The notes under the pieces were generated by a model. That model was not told the DNA's origin. It saw only the letters and a program-made list of their open reading frames with translations, and searched no databases. DNA of 64,000 nt, taken from assembly GCA_038087875.1 (NCBI GenBank), contig CM075996.1, positions 10,728,001 through 10,792,000 of the forward strand, given 5' to 3'. Of this stretch, positions 51,740 through 64,000 are shown piece after piece. This DNA is from Malacoraja senta (taxonomy: Eukaryota). Within the stretch, counting starts at the first letter, position 1; every line of letters begins with the position of its first letter. A program made the translations under genes and the position numbers.

Positions 51740-54700
51740 GATGATGGTTAATTTTTTTATTCTCTTCAAGTTGTCTGATTTGATTTATTTCAACTTCCTT
51801 CCTGAGACCCTCTGTTTAAGTGCAGTGAAGAGAGTGCAAACGTGGTGGAAGTGAATCAGTGGTGTCTTTACTGTCCCTCTGAATGTATGTTTTGGACGGT
51901 GGCTGGTGGTGCGCAAGAGGTTGTGGGTGTCCGTTTGTTTGTGGTCACCATTTTAGTTTAGAGATACAGATTAGAAACAGCCCTTTCGGCCCACCGAGTC
52001 CACGCTGACCATCTATCACCCGCTCACACTAGTCCTGTGTTATCCCACTTTCTCATCCACTCCCTGCACACTAGAGGCAATTTACAGAGGTCAATTAACA
52101 TGTAAACCTGCACGCGTATGGAATGTGGGAGAAAACCCACGCAGTCACAGGGAGAACGTGCAAACTCCACACACAGCATTGGAGGTCAGGATTAAACCGA
52201 GTCTCTGGCGCTGTGGGGCAGCAGCTCGAGCAGCTACACCACTGTGCCCACCATTCTCTAATGCCAATTCAATGCAGTGGTGTCCACGACTGAGCAACAA
52301 CAATCTTCCAGTTTTGATTTGTCTACAGCTTCATCAGGGAAAGAGGTCTGGCAGGTTTAGGGAAAGTCCAGAAAGTCAATGTTTTGTTTGTTTGTGGTGG
52401 TTTTAATCTTGGTGTTTTGTATGAAATGAATTCCTCTGACTGTTTCTGAATGTGTCATTCCTAAATGTCATCCAGTTCTCTGTGAAAAGACATTGATCGC
52501 CTGGGCCACTTCTAGACCAAAGTCTAGTCTTTCAGGGTCAGCATTTTTCTCTGAGATATGTTTAACTGTTGTATGTTCCTGTCTGTTCTGTTTGTGGACG
52601 GGCCTTCGATGTCCATGTAAGTGTACGACATTAGGTGGCACAGTCAGGGAGTGTGACGTGGTCTGAAGTAGAGGGTGCTGCTGTGCCAGTGGATTAAGAA
52701 GGGTCGATGTATTCTGCTACCCGATAGGATTCACTACCACAGTCAGACACAATGGGCCTTCCTGGACGTATTTCCCCAGGTTCTGTCCACCTGTCTGGGT
52801 GTTTGTGTATTTTGGTGAGAATGTAGAATTTTCATGCCAGTGGTTCAAAGGTTTTAAAGGTCTTTTATTGTCACGTTTACCAATTAAGGTACAGTGATAT
52901 GTGAATTATTCTCGGGTATTCTAATGGTTTCTGACGATGTGGAGTTTGTACGTTCTCTCTGTGACCTGTGTGGGTTTACTCCGAGAGGTTCCGGTTTCCT
53001 CCCACTCTCTAAAGACGTACAGGTTTGGAGGCTAATTGGCTTGGTATAAATGTTAATTGCCCCTTGTGTGTGTAGGATAGTGTTAGTATGCGGGGATCGC
53101 AGGTTGGCGCTGGCCTGTTTCGCACTGTACAATGAACTGGATTTGATAAGGAAATTCGAGGTAAAGGAGCCATAATATATTAAGTTTTAATCTACAATTT
53201 GAGAGGGAGAAGGAAAATCGGAAGTGTCAGTATTACAATTGAACAAAGGGGACTATGGAGCCATGAGGGAGGAGCTGGCCAAAGTTGACTGGAAAGATAC
53301 CCCAGCAGTGGAACAACAATGACAGGTATTTCTGGGAATAATACAGAAGGTGCAGGATCAGTTAATTCCAAAGAGGAAGAAAGATTCCAAGGGGAGTAAG
53401 GCACGACCGTGGCTGACAAGGGAAGTCAGGGACAGTATAAAAATAAAAAAGAAGTATAACATAGCAAAGATGAGCGGGAAGTCAGGATTGGGAAACTTTT
53501 AAAGAGCAACAGAAGATAACTAAAAAGGCAATACGGGGAGAAAAGATGAGGTACGAAGGTAAGCTCACCAAGAATATAAAGGAGGATAGTAAAAGCTTCT
53601 TTAGGTATGTGAAGAGGAAAACATTATTTCAGACCAAAGTTTGACCCTTGAGGGCTAAAACAGGTGAATTTATTATGGGGTACAAGGAAATGGCAGACGA
53701 GTTGAACAGGTACTTTGGATCTGTCTTCACTAAGGAAGACACAAACAATCTCCTGATGTACTAGTGGCCAGAGGATCTAGGGTAACGGAGGAACTGAAGG
53801 AAATTCACATCAGGCAGGAAATGGTGTTGAATAGACTGATGGGACTGAAGGCTAATAAATCTCCAGGGCATGATGGTCTGCATCTCAGGGTACTTAAGGA
53901 AGTGGCTCTGGAAATCGTGGACGCATTGGTGACCATTTTCCAATGTTCAAAAGATTCAGGATCAGTTCCTGTAGATTGGAGGGTAGCTAATGTTATCCCA
54001 CTTTTAAGAAAGGCGGGAGAGAGAAAACAGGGAATTATAGACCAGTTAGCCTGACATCGGTGGTGGGGAAGATGCTGGAGTCAATTATTAAAGATGAAAT
54101 AACGGCACATTTGGATAGCAGTAAAACAGGATTGGTCCGAGTCAGCATAGATTTACGAAGGGGAAATCATGCTTAACTAATCTTCTGGAATTTTTTGAGG
54201 ATGTAACTTGGAAAATGGACAAGGGAGAGCCAATGGATGTAGTGTACCTGGACTTTCAGAAAGCATTTGATAAGGTCCCACATAAGAGAATAGTGGGCAA
54301 AATTAGAGCACATGGTATTGGGGGTAGGGTACTGACATGGATAGAAAATTGGTTGGCAGACAGGAAACAAAGACGGGATAAACGGTTCCCTTTCAGAATG
54401 GCAGGCAGTGACTAGTGGGGTACCGCAAGGCTCGGTGCTGGGGCCGCAGCTATTTACAATATAGATTAATGATTTAGATGAAGGGATTAAAAGTAGCATT
54501 AGCAAATTTGCAGATGACACAAAGCTGGGTGGCCATGATCGTATTGAATGGCGGCTCGAAGGGCCGAATGGCCTACTCCTGCACCTATTGTCTATTACCT
54601 ATCTCTAAACTAAACAGGATTTTTTGAGGCATTGTTAAATGTGTTCAATTTCCATTAATGTTTTACTCATAGATGGGCTTTGTCAACAGTGTAGTGCTCT

Positions 54701-54835
54701 GTTTTACTTCATAGTCTGTGTGCCTCGAATAAGTATTGTTGTTTGTCCATGACAACTCTGTTCTTCCCCTTATCTGCTGTTTTGATGATAATTTCCCTGT
54801 TGTCTTTCACCTCTCTTAGGATTTGGGTATTGTAA
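51740..54835 (-). mobile_element. Old Penelope-like RT, fragmented by SINE and CR1 insertions
   Basis: IIIKTADKG..VVMDKQQY (54720-54800); FYILTKIHK...PGRPIVSDCGSESY (52720-52830). Confidence 0.7.
53133..54595 (+). mobile_element. CR1 LINE fragment with internal deletion
   Basis: [34 protein letters not shown] joined directly to the 3' tail. Confidence 0.9.
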
Positions 54836-56718
54836 GCCAAGTTTACAGCTGAGGAGGAGAGCCAGCATCTGGCTGATGGAAGGAAAGGACAAGGCCAGGT
54901 GAGCAAAGTTTTGTGAAAGTTGTCTTTTAATAGGAACCGCGCACTGGCGCAGCGGTAGTTGCTACCTCACAGAGCCAGAGACCCGGGTTCGATCCTGACG
55001 ACAGGTGCTTATCTGCACTGAGTTTGTACGTTCTCCCCATGACCTGCGTGGTTTTTCTCTGAGAACTCCGGTTTCTTCCCACACTCCAAAGACGTACAGG
55101 TTTGTAGGTTAATTGGCTTAGTATAAAAGTAAATTGTCCTTAATGCGTTTAGGAAACAGAGAAACACGGTGGCACTGTGGCGCAACGGTAAAGCTGCTGC
55201 CTTACAGCGCTTGCAGCGCCGGAGATCCGGGTTCAATCCCGACTACGGGTGCTTATCTGTACGGCGTTTGTACATTCTCCCCGTAACAGTTTTTTTCCAA
55301 GATCTTCTGTTTCCTCACACACTCCAAAGACCGACAGGTATGTAGGTTAATTCGCTTGGTGTATGTGTAAATTGTCCCTAGTGTGTGTAAGATAGCGTTA
55401 ATGTGCGGGGTGATCGCTGATCGGCGCTGACTCTGTGGGCCTGTTTCCGCCCTGTATCTCTAAACATAGAAAATATGTGCAGGAGTAGACCATTTGGCCT
55501 TCGAGCCAGCACTGTCATTCAATATGATGAATGCTGATCACCCAAAATCAGTACCCATTCCTGCTTTCTCCCCTTGATTCCGTTAGCCCTAAGAGATCTA
55601 TCTAACTCTTGAATACATCCAGCGAATTGGCCTCCACTGCCTTCTGTGACGGGGAATTCCACAGATTCACAACTCTGGGTGAAAACGTTTTTCCCCATCT
55701 CAGTCTTAAATGGCCCACCCCTTATTCATAAACTGTGCCCCCTGGATCTGGACTCCCGCCAGATCGGGAACATTTTTCCTTCATCCAGCCTGCCCAATCC
55801 ATTAAGAATTTTATATGTTTCTATAAGATACCCTCTCATCCTTCTAAATTCCTGTGAATATGTCAGGATAGCGTTGGTGTGGGGCGATCGCTGGTCGGCG
55901 CAGACTCGGTAGGCCGAACGGCCTGTTTCCGTGCTGTATCTCTAAACTAAACTAAACAGGATGGCTAGTGGGCAGTTTACAAGTTGCTCTGAGAAGCCTC
56001 CTGCCTTACACAGCCACAATAATTCATTGTATTTTGATACAAAGTTTGGATTGCATTTAGCTGTATACTGGAAGTGTTGGACTTTCAAAATGTCGATGGA
56101 ATAAAGTCTTTAGAAAGAGAGAGAAAATAATCCAGTCACAAAGTACTCTAAAAGCAACAATGGTGTGCTTGCCAGCTTTAGTAGCTGAAGGATGAGGTGC
56201 GTCCATTCACACCTCTATTCATTCCCTTGGAGTGGCTGGCTTGCCTGTATTTGTGAGATGCAGGCTCTGTCTGCACAGGGCCTCAGATAGTTCATTCCTT
56301 TTCCACTCAATTTGTACTCTTCTCTGACTTTTACGGTTGACGCTGTTATCAGACGACACAATGGACTCTGCCAAGTTAAGGGTGCAATCCCATTCTCCCA
56401 ACCTATCTCATTGTAACTGATACAAATGAGTTGAATATTAGGGTTGTGTGTGTGCGAGTTAAAAATGGGTTTTCTTTTATTGATTTCAGCAATTGATATT
56501 TTAAATGAAACGGGGGAGGTACAGCTTGCATTTCAAACCAAAAATGCAACTGAATCTTCCAGGAATGAGAAACATATAATAAACAAATCTTCAGCAAATT
56601 GTTCAAAATCACAATTACCGGCTCTGCGAATGAAGTCGCCACAATCGGGATGATGTCGGTCGGTCAGAAGAGAGAGATTGAGCTGCACATGAACCACAGC
56701 GAGCACCACACCGCTAAG

Positions 56719-58024
56719 CAAAGATCTTATAGTGAGCAAGATGGTCCACTCCACTAAAAAGCTGTAGTAGGGTCATGGGTAATCTTCAGCGCCATTTCCG
56801 TAACCGGCTTCCGTCATGGCGTCAAGCTAATTCAGGGAGATGTTGCTATATCAGGCTGAGAGATTAAAGGATAGACACAAAATGCAGCGGGTCGGGCGGC
56901 ATTTCTGGACAAAAGGAATAGGTGACATTTCGGGCCGAGACCCGTCTTCAGACTGAGTTAGGGGAAAGAGGAACTCAAACCATCCTCCCCCCCCCCCTTC
57001 CCTCCGACACGGACACGGAGCGATCACCGCCCCCCCCCCTTTTTTTGTTGAACATCTATTTCCTTCTGGGGTTTTTTTTATATCTCCCTTAGCATTTCCG
57101 TACTTTTCGATAGCTGCCATGACCCGTTTGATGTCGTCCTTTACCCTGCTCCTCAACGATCCTATAGCGATCTTTGCTGCTCCTGGTCTCGGCCCACACC
57201 AATCTGCCGGACTCTGTGTGCGTATGTTTTTTTTTTTGTTTTTGTTTTTTTTGTTTGAGGGGAGAAGCGACCGCACCAAGAGCGCACAGACAGACGGACG
57301 AAACCAAAGATCATAGAGCGGAATAGATGACCAAAGATCTTTGTAGGTGGCATTTCGGGTCGAGACAATTCTTCAGACTGAGTCAGGGGAAAGAGGAGCA
57401 AGAGATATAAATGGTACTAAGGACAAATGAATGGAAGATATGCCTATATCTCCCGTTTCCCTTTCCCTTGATTGTCAGTCTGAAGAAGGGTCTCGACCCG
57501 AAATGTCCACCTATGCCGCTCTATGATAGTTGCTTTCGTCCGTCTGTCCACGCGTTCGCTCGCACTTGGTGCCGGCGCTTCTCCCCTCAGACTCCACCAA
57601 ACAAACGCACACACACGCACAGCATATCCGGCAGATCGGTGCGGGTCGAGACCAAGAGCAGGGCGAAGGGTGACGACAAACGGGTCATGGCAGCTATCGA
57701 AAATGTCGACCGGAAATATCACCTAGTCCTCTCCAGAGATGCTGCCTGATCCGCTGATTTATTCCAGCCTTTTGTGTCTGTCTTCGGTTTAAACCAGCAT
57801 CTGCAGTTCCTCTATGTACAAGGTATGTGCCGTTTAAAAAGAAAATTAAAAAAAACATTTAAAACATTTAAATACACAAACTGTTCCCCCGCAACGCTGC
57901 GAGAGGCATAACTGAAGTCGGGTCGAGGTTACTGAAATGATGGAAGTTACGCTCCGGTGCGTACTACACGTCAGTCCATTGTATTTCGCTGGAGTGGACC
58001 ATCTTGCTCGCTATAAGATCTTTG
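56719..58024. mobile_element. TIR element (35-bp TIR CAAAGATCTTATAGYGAGCAAGATGGTCCACTCCA) with palindromic interior
   Basis: TIRs at 56719-56753 and 57990-58024, one mismatch; no TSD found. Confidence 0.8.
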
Positions 58025-58539
58025 ACTGACTCTGACGGGGGCAGGGGTGAATTTAGCACCTTCACATGAGCAGCCCCAGGGAGTGATTGCTTCTTCAATG
58101 TGGACCTGCCCCCCGACAAAACTCTTGCCTGCATGCTTTAGGACCGGGGTGTGGGTGGATTGGAGGGTGGTCCGCTGCATTGCGCTGTTGGCTGTGTATT
58201 GTTAAGTCATCTGTCTGTCTGCGGGTGTGAGATGACTGGCTCTGGAGGGTGGGCGGGCTTGCGCCATCGGGCCTGGAGGGGTAGGTGGGCAGCGCCAGAG
58301 GTAATGACAAGGCCGCCCGCCTTGGTGGATTTGTCACGAGCCAAGTTTACGTTAGAGGAGGAGAGGCAGCAAGCGACTAGTTGGCTGGTGGAGGGGAAAG
58401 GCAAGGCCAGGTGAGCAACTTGCTGTGCACCTTGTGACTTTGTGCGAGTGAGTTTCAGCTTCAGCCGAGCCCGGTGTGTTGCAGCTGCGACATTGTGCTT
58501 GGTCCCTGTGAGCGCAAACACTTAGGGGGTGGGTGATGG

Positions 58540-58938
58540 CATGGGCGGAAATCCTGCGGGGGGTACAGGGGGCATGTCCCCCTCATGCTTTGGGAGGTGG
58601 GGTACAATCCCCCCCCATGTATTGTAATCCGGACTTTATCAGACGCTTTCTAAGGGCTGAATTGGCCCATTCACGGGGCCTTTCAGCGCCCGGCGTGCCT
58701 TAAAATATAACTGCTGCATCGAGGCGATCGAGGCTTCCGGGTGAAACTCCTGCCGGCTGGTGAAAGACCCTGTGAACAGGCCGATTCAAGCCCCACGATT
58801 CGTGGGCGGGTGAAGCTGCTGTTGCTGTAGTCCGAAGTACAGCAACAGCAGCTTCGTCCGCCCTGAATGCGCCCCCAGCAAGGTCAGCTCCCAAGAAATT
58901 GTGCCCCCCGCATGTTTTGATTGCGATTTCCGTGCCTA
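58540..58938. mobile_element. Non-autonomous hAT-like element
   Basis: 8-bp TSD GGTGATGG at 58532-58539 and 58939-58946; imperfect TIRs ending CGGAAATC. Confidence 0.8.
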
Positions 58939-59897
58939 GGTGATGGCTCCTTCATCTACAAACCCTCAGCCTGACCGTCACTTGGTGCTTGCTCATCCAG
59001 ATTCCACACAGGACCTCGATCTCAACGCAGCTTCCTGCTCCCTCGACGGGACGAGTATGGAAAGGTTTTGTGCATAGTGCGGTGGCACGGATTACTGCAG
59101 CCTTTCTGTCTTTTAAAAAATTTAGTCTAGTTAAATGTAGTTGTTTGTGTTTTTATACTGATTTTGACTGTGTATATGTGGGGGGGGGGGGAGGGGGAAA
59201 CTTTTAAAATCTCTTCCCTGCACAGGAGACCCGAACTTATACCTTTTACCTAGCTACGTGGAGCGGCCTCCGACCGGGACGACCTGGGGGCTCCAGTCGC
59301 GGAGCCTGCGGAGCTGCGGACTCACCATCGTGGGGCTGGCCGGCCTCGGAGCGTGGGGTGCAGTGGTGGCTCGCTGCTGCGGCCCGACTCCGGAGCTCCA
59401 GCTCCAGCTGCAGACCTGTGGACTATGATTTCGTGAGCTCGCGGGTCCGGGTGAGAGACCGCATTCCAGAGCTCCCGCAACGCAACTTCTCCCGCCAATG
59501 TCGCGGGGTTGGAACAACCCGGAACGGGGCCATAAATCGCCCGGCGCGGCTTTAATGGCCGCAGGACATTCCAGCGCCCGCCGGGGGCTCCAACTTGTGA
59601 CTTTTGGGCCTGGAGCGAGGCCGTACATCGCCCGGCGTGGCCTCAACGGCCGTGGGACTTAACATTGCCCGCCTGGGGCTTCAACATCGGGAGAAAAATG
59701 GTGCAGGGGAGAGAAAAGACTTTGCCTTTCATCACAGTGAGGAGGAGATTCACTGTGATGGATGTTTTTCTGTAAATTGAATTGTTTGTGTGTCATGTAG
59801 GAATTGTTTTGTTTGTATGGCTGTGGAAACAGAGTTTCGTTTGAGCCTCACTGAGGTTCAAATGACGAAATAAAATTTAATCTAATCTAATCTAATC

Positions 59898-60392
59898 CTT
59901 CATCACCCGAGCAGTGTTGTCAATCCCTTGTCCTCCTCCCAGGGCACTCTTAGTATGGCCATCGCAATGGAGACAGTGAGCAGAATTTTCTTCTGGAATG
60001 AGAGTTACGTTGCCTGTCGGTCTCGATCCGTAAATAGACTCAAGGGCAATAATCATTAACTGTCAGCAATTGGTTGATTTTATATGCGCAAGGGGAGATG
60101 TGTCTCAGTCAAAGGCTGTGATCACATTTCCAATGTTAGTCAGCATAGCAGTATATTTATACACTAAGGTGATGACGTTTGATGATGTGAAGTAGATCAA
60201 TGCGTTAATAATCAGGTCTGCTCATAATATACACAAAGACGATGGCTTTTGATAGTATGAAGTAGATCAATGTGTTAATCACGTTGCTGAGTTTGCATTA
60301 ATCACCTAGGTTGAACATTATTGTGTGAACTATCCCATTATGCTTTGCAGTACTAAAGGTTTTTATTCTATGCTCCCTCCTCTTTTTCCTTT
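59898..60392 (-). mobile_element. Polypurine tract and probable 3' LTR remnant
   Basis: AAAGGAAAAAGAGGAGGGAG (60373-60392) at the env stop, then a twice-repeated TTAACRCATTGATCTACTTCA motif and TATAAATA. No clean TG start seen. Confidence 0.55.
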
Positions 60393-60744
60393 AGGACAAC
60401 TGGCTGTTCTTTTTCTGCCACAATAGTGAATGTGTGAAACACCTCTTTAACAATCTTCTCTGGATCGGTTGGTTGCGCCAGCATTAGTGCTGGTCCTGTG
60501 GTGACAAGGGCAGTAGCTGCCTGAGCTCAGCAACACCGGATCAGGGCAGCAACACAGTAAAAGGCGGTGATTATGACAACAACTATGATGAGACCCTGTA
60601 GTAGGCTGGTATCGATGCTCCCAGCCACCCTGACACAAAACCCCTCTGGGCCTAAGAACTGGTTGGATCTTGGTGTAACTTTGCGGATTCCTTGCAAATA
60701 TAATTTGCTAAATTAATAATATTTTCGGAATTATCCGGGATGTG
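60391..60744 (-). mobile_element. Endogenous retrovirus env TM fragment 2 (membrane anchor + cytoplasmic tail)
   Basis: HIPDNSENIINLANYI...GWLGASI/SLLQGLIIVVVIITAFYCVAALIRCC*...NSQLS*, with stops and a frameshift, ending at a polypurine tract. Confidence 0.75.
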
Positions 60745-61377
60745 ATGATTTTGAGTTTACCCGTCCGAGGGCCCAAAACTAAAGTGAAGACTTTAAGTCT
60801 TTTCTGTTATAGAAACTTAGAAAATAGGTGCAGGAGTAGGCCATTCTGACCTTCGAGCCTGAAGAAGGGTTTCGGCCCGAAACGTTGCCTATTTTCTTCG
60901 CTCCATAGATGCTGCTGCACCCGCTGAGTTTCTCCAGCATTTTTGTGTACCCACCATTCAATACGATCATGGCTGATCATCCAAAATCAGTACCCCGTTC
61001 CTGCTTTCTCCTGTTAAAGAAAACTTTAAAACATAACACAAAGATCGGGTAAGACAATCAAGACTGTGTTCAAGAGTGCCAAAAACAGTAATCACTGGGA
61101 GCAATCTAGGGAATTGCTCAACGAACAGATTCATATATGCCTTATACAGAATTTTCCTTTGATGTTTTGTTTATTGCAGAAGACACTTTAGAAGTTTTTC
61201 TTCTTCCAAATGGTCCAAAAACAAACATACATTGTGCACCACCGAAAGACAGCAGAGTAAACGCAGCCCAATTCCACACCCTTACAGATAAGCAAATGTC
61301 CTGTTACCCATTCAACCTTATTTTATTGTTTTATGATTGCCATTCGTCCTTTGACAACAGAGAACAGAATCTGAAAA

Positions 61378-62122
61378 AGGGCCTGTCCCATTTGGGCGAC
61401 ATTTTCCACGACAACCTGAAAAGAGGTTGTCGCGGCGTGACGCATTTAATGATGCGCGGTGCCTCCCTGCCGCCGCTGGATTTTGGAATGTTCAAAATCC
61501 TTCTGCGACATCTGCGTGTCTTATGTCGTGCGCCCTGTCGCATGCTGACATAGGGTGTCCTGCGGGTGACGCATGGTGACGCAAGGTCATGACCTCTGCT
61601 AATTAATTTTGCTTCACAATGCGTCACCATGCGTCACCCGCATGGTGACGCATTGATGCATCTTGATACATCAAGATGCGTCACGGCGAGTCATTTGAGC
61701 GCCGCACCACGTGATCACACGGGTATATAAAGCGCCGACTTTCAAAACTTTTTTCACTTGCAACGGAGACAATCATAAAATGGCACCCAAGAGAAGCAGG
61801 GTTCATCAGAAGAGCAAGGAACAACGAAAACCAACCATGCAGGAGAAGACCCAGGTTCAGCAGATTGAGGTCTAGGAGGAGGAGACCATGGAGGTGAACA
61901 TGGAGGGGGCTCGTGGCCACAGCACCACCCCACTCAGGGCCACATTTTCCAAAGCTGCTGCTCCTGCTCCAGTTGCTAGATTTGCTGTAGATTGGGATTC
62001 TGATTTTGCTGAGGATACTGATGCCTCAGTTGAGCCAGTTGAGATCAAGAAGATGAGGCAAATGGTAATCAAGCCATATGATTTCAGCAGCGAACAAGAA
62101 GGGGACCTGGTAGATTGGTATC
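61378..62122 (+). mobile_element. PIF/Harbinger left end with degenerate Myb/MADF-like ORF
   Basis: TIR AGGGCCTGTCCCA shared with the MITE at 10146; many GTGACGCA/TGCGTCAC subterminal motifs; TATATAAA 61724-61731; ATG 61780 (MAPKRSR..., one TAG) running to FSSEQEGDLVDWY. Confidence 0.7.
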
Positions 62123-62514
62123 ATCTTGCTTGCCCCATCCTGATGGTCTTGAAAATTTGTGATACACATTTATTTTCTTCCAGTTCAACAAGGAGAAACC
62201 ACTGCGTGCCATCTCCAGTGAGGATGAGCTTGATCCTCTTGAGGGACCCACTGGATCCACCACCCGACCAGTCAGGAGTACAGCCAGAGAAAGCAGACCA
62301 TTGCCATCCCCACTGCAAGCTCCAGCACAACTGAGGCTGAGGAAGAAGAGTCTAGACGGGCAAGTCAGCGGGAGATGATCAAACAAGTCAGCGGATAATC
62401 AAAGAACCTCCTCTGCAAAGCAAAGCTAGCTACCTATGTCATTGCAAGCAAGGAGTGCATCTACATCGTACATCTACACCCCTGTCCTCACAAAGCAGGG
62501 AATTTTAAGTAGGC

Positions 62515-62869
62515 ATAAAAGATGCAGCAGCCCAGGCAGACCAGTACCCCATGCAATGACTATGAGAGCGGTTAGTGCAGAAATAACATCATTTTTCCAT
62601 TTCCCGAACAATGAGTTCAGGAACCCTGTCCAGGAGGTGCCAACTCCCGAATTCTCAGCCAATTCCTCTGCCAGTGAAGTGAGTCCAGCCAGGGCCCTGG
62701 AGACCGACCCATCAGGTGCGGTATTATTGGGAATAAAGGTGCAACAAGATGATCCGAACATTACACATACACCTCCCTTGTCCTGCTAGTAGCATGTCCA
62801 AGGCCATTCTATTCTGCCAGGCCATTAGACTGGTCCGATCTAGTTGTTCGGCTAACCCTTTCACAGCAT
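62515..62869 (-). mobile_element. Endogenous retrovirus env TM fragment 1 (ISD + CX6CC + TM)
   Basis: AVKGLAEQLDRTSLMAWQNRMALDMLLA(+1)DKGGVCVMFGSSCCTFIPNNTAPDGSVSRALAGL...WKNDVISALTALIVI; cut at its 5' side by a CR1 tail. Confidence 0.9.
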
Positions 62870-64000
62870 AGAAACATAGAAAATAGGTGCAGGAGTAGGC
62901 CATTCGGCCCTTCGAGCCTGCACCGCCGTTCAATATGATCATGGCTGATCATCCAACTCAGTATCCTGTACCTGCTTTCTCTCCATACCCCCTGATCCCT
63001 TTAGCCACAAGGGCCACATCTAACTCCCTGTTAAATATAGCCAATGAACTGGCCTCAACTACATTCTCAACTACATCTCTGTGTAAAAAATGTTTTTCTC
63101 ATCTCAGTCCTAAAAGATTTCCCCTTTATCCTTAATCTGTGACCCCTTGTTCTGGACTTCCCCAACATCGGGAACAATCTTCCTGCATCTAGCCTGTCCA
63201 ACCCCTTAAGAATTTTGTAAGTTTCTATAAGATCCCCCCTCAATCTTCTAAATTCTAGCGAGTACAAGCCGAGTCTATCCAGCCTTTCTTCATATGAAAG
63301 TCCTGACATCCCAGGAATCAGTCTGGTGAACCTTCTCTGTACTCCCTCAATAGCAAGAATGTCCTTCCTCAGATTAGGAGAGCAAAACTGTACGCAATAC
63401 TGCAGGCGTGGTCTCACCAAGACCCTGTACAACTGCAGTAGAACCTCCCTGCTCCTATACTCAAATCCTTTTGCTATGAATGCTAACATACCATTCGCTT
63501 TCTTCACTGCCTGCTGCACCTGCATGCCTACTTTCAATGAGTGGTGTACCATGACACCCAGGTCTCGTTGCATCTCCCCTTTTCCTAATCGGCCACCATT
63601 CAGGTAACAGTCTACCTTCCTGTTTTTGCCACCAACGTGGATAACCTCACATTTATCTACATTATACTGCATCTGCCAAGCATTTGCCCACTCACCCAGC
63701 CTATCCAAGTCATCTTGCAGCCTCCTAGCACCCTCGTCACAGCTAGCACTGCCCCCCAGCTTCGTGTCATCCGCAAACTTGGAGATGTTGCATTCAATTC
63801 CCTCGTCCAAATCATTAATATATATTGTAAATAGCTGGGGTCCCAGCACTGAGCCTTGCGGTACCCCACTAGTCATTGCCTGCCATTCTGAAAAGGACCC
63901 GTTTACTCCTACTCTTTGCTTCCTGCCTGCCAGCCAGTTCTCTATCCACATCAATACTGAACCCCCAATACCGTGTGCTTTAAGTTTGTATATTAATCTC
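62868..64000 (-). mobile_element. CR1 LINE subfamily C, runs off the window
   Basis: 295-aa RT ORF (63067-63954) and CR1 tail. Confidence 0.95.

Overview
Repeat-dense vertebrate genomic DNA, almost certainly elasmobranch (skate/ray-like), judged from HE1-type tRNA-derived SINEs sharing 3' tails with CR1/HER1 LINEs. One intact host gene is supported: the last 10 coding exons (6137-28225, + strand, 427 aa, all GT-AG and phase-consistent) of a SUN1/SUN2-like nuclear-envelope protein; its start and TM segment were not found. The rest is transposon debris (CR1, Rex1/Babar, Tx1, Penelope, Helitrons, Harbinger, hAT and other TIR elements). It also holds a U2 snRNA copy inside a remnant ~3.5 kb tandem-array unit, a second inverted U2-less relic of that unit, a TIMM8B-like pseudogene fused behind a Tx1 tail, two different endogenous-retroviral env TM fragments (one followed by a PPT and LTR-like DNA), and many Penelope-derived modules with minimal hammerhead-ribozyme motifs. 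All comparisons were made by eye. Exon and TSD coordinates were counted exactly; repeat boundaries are approximate.
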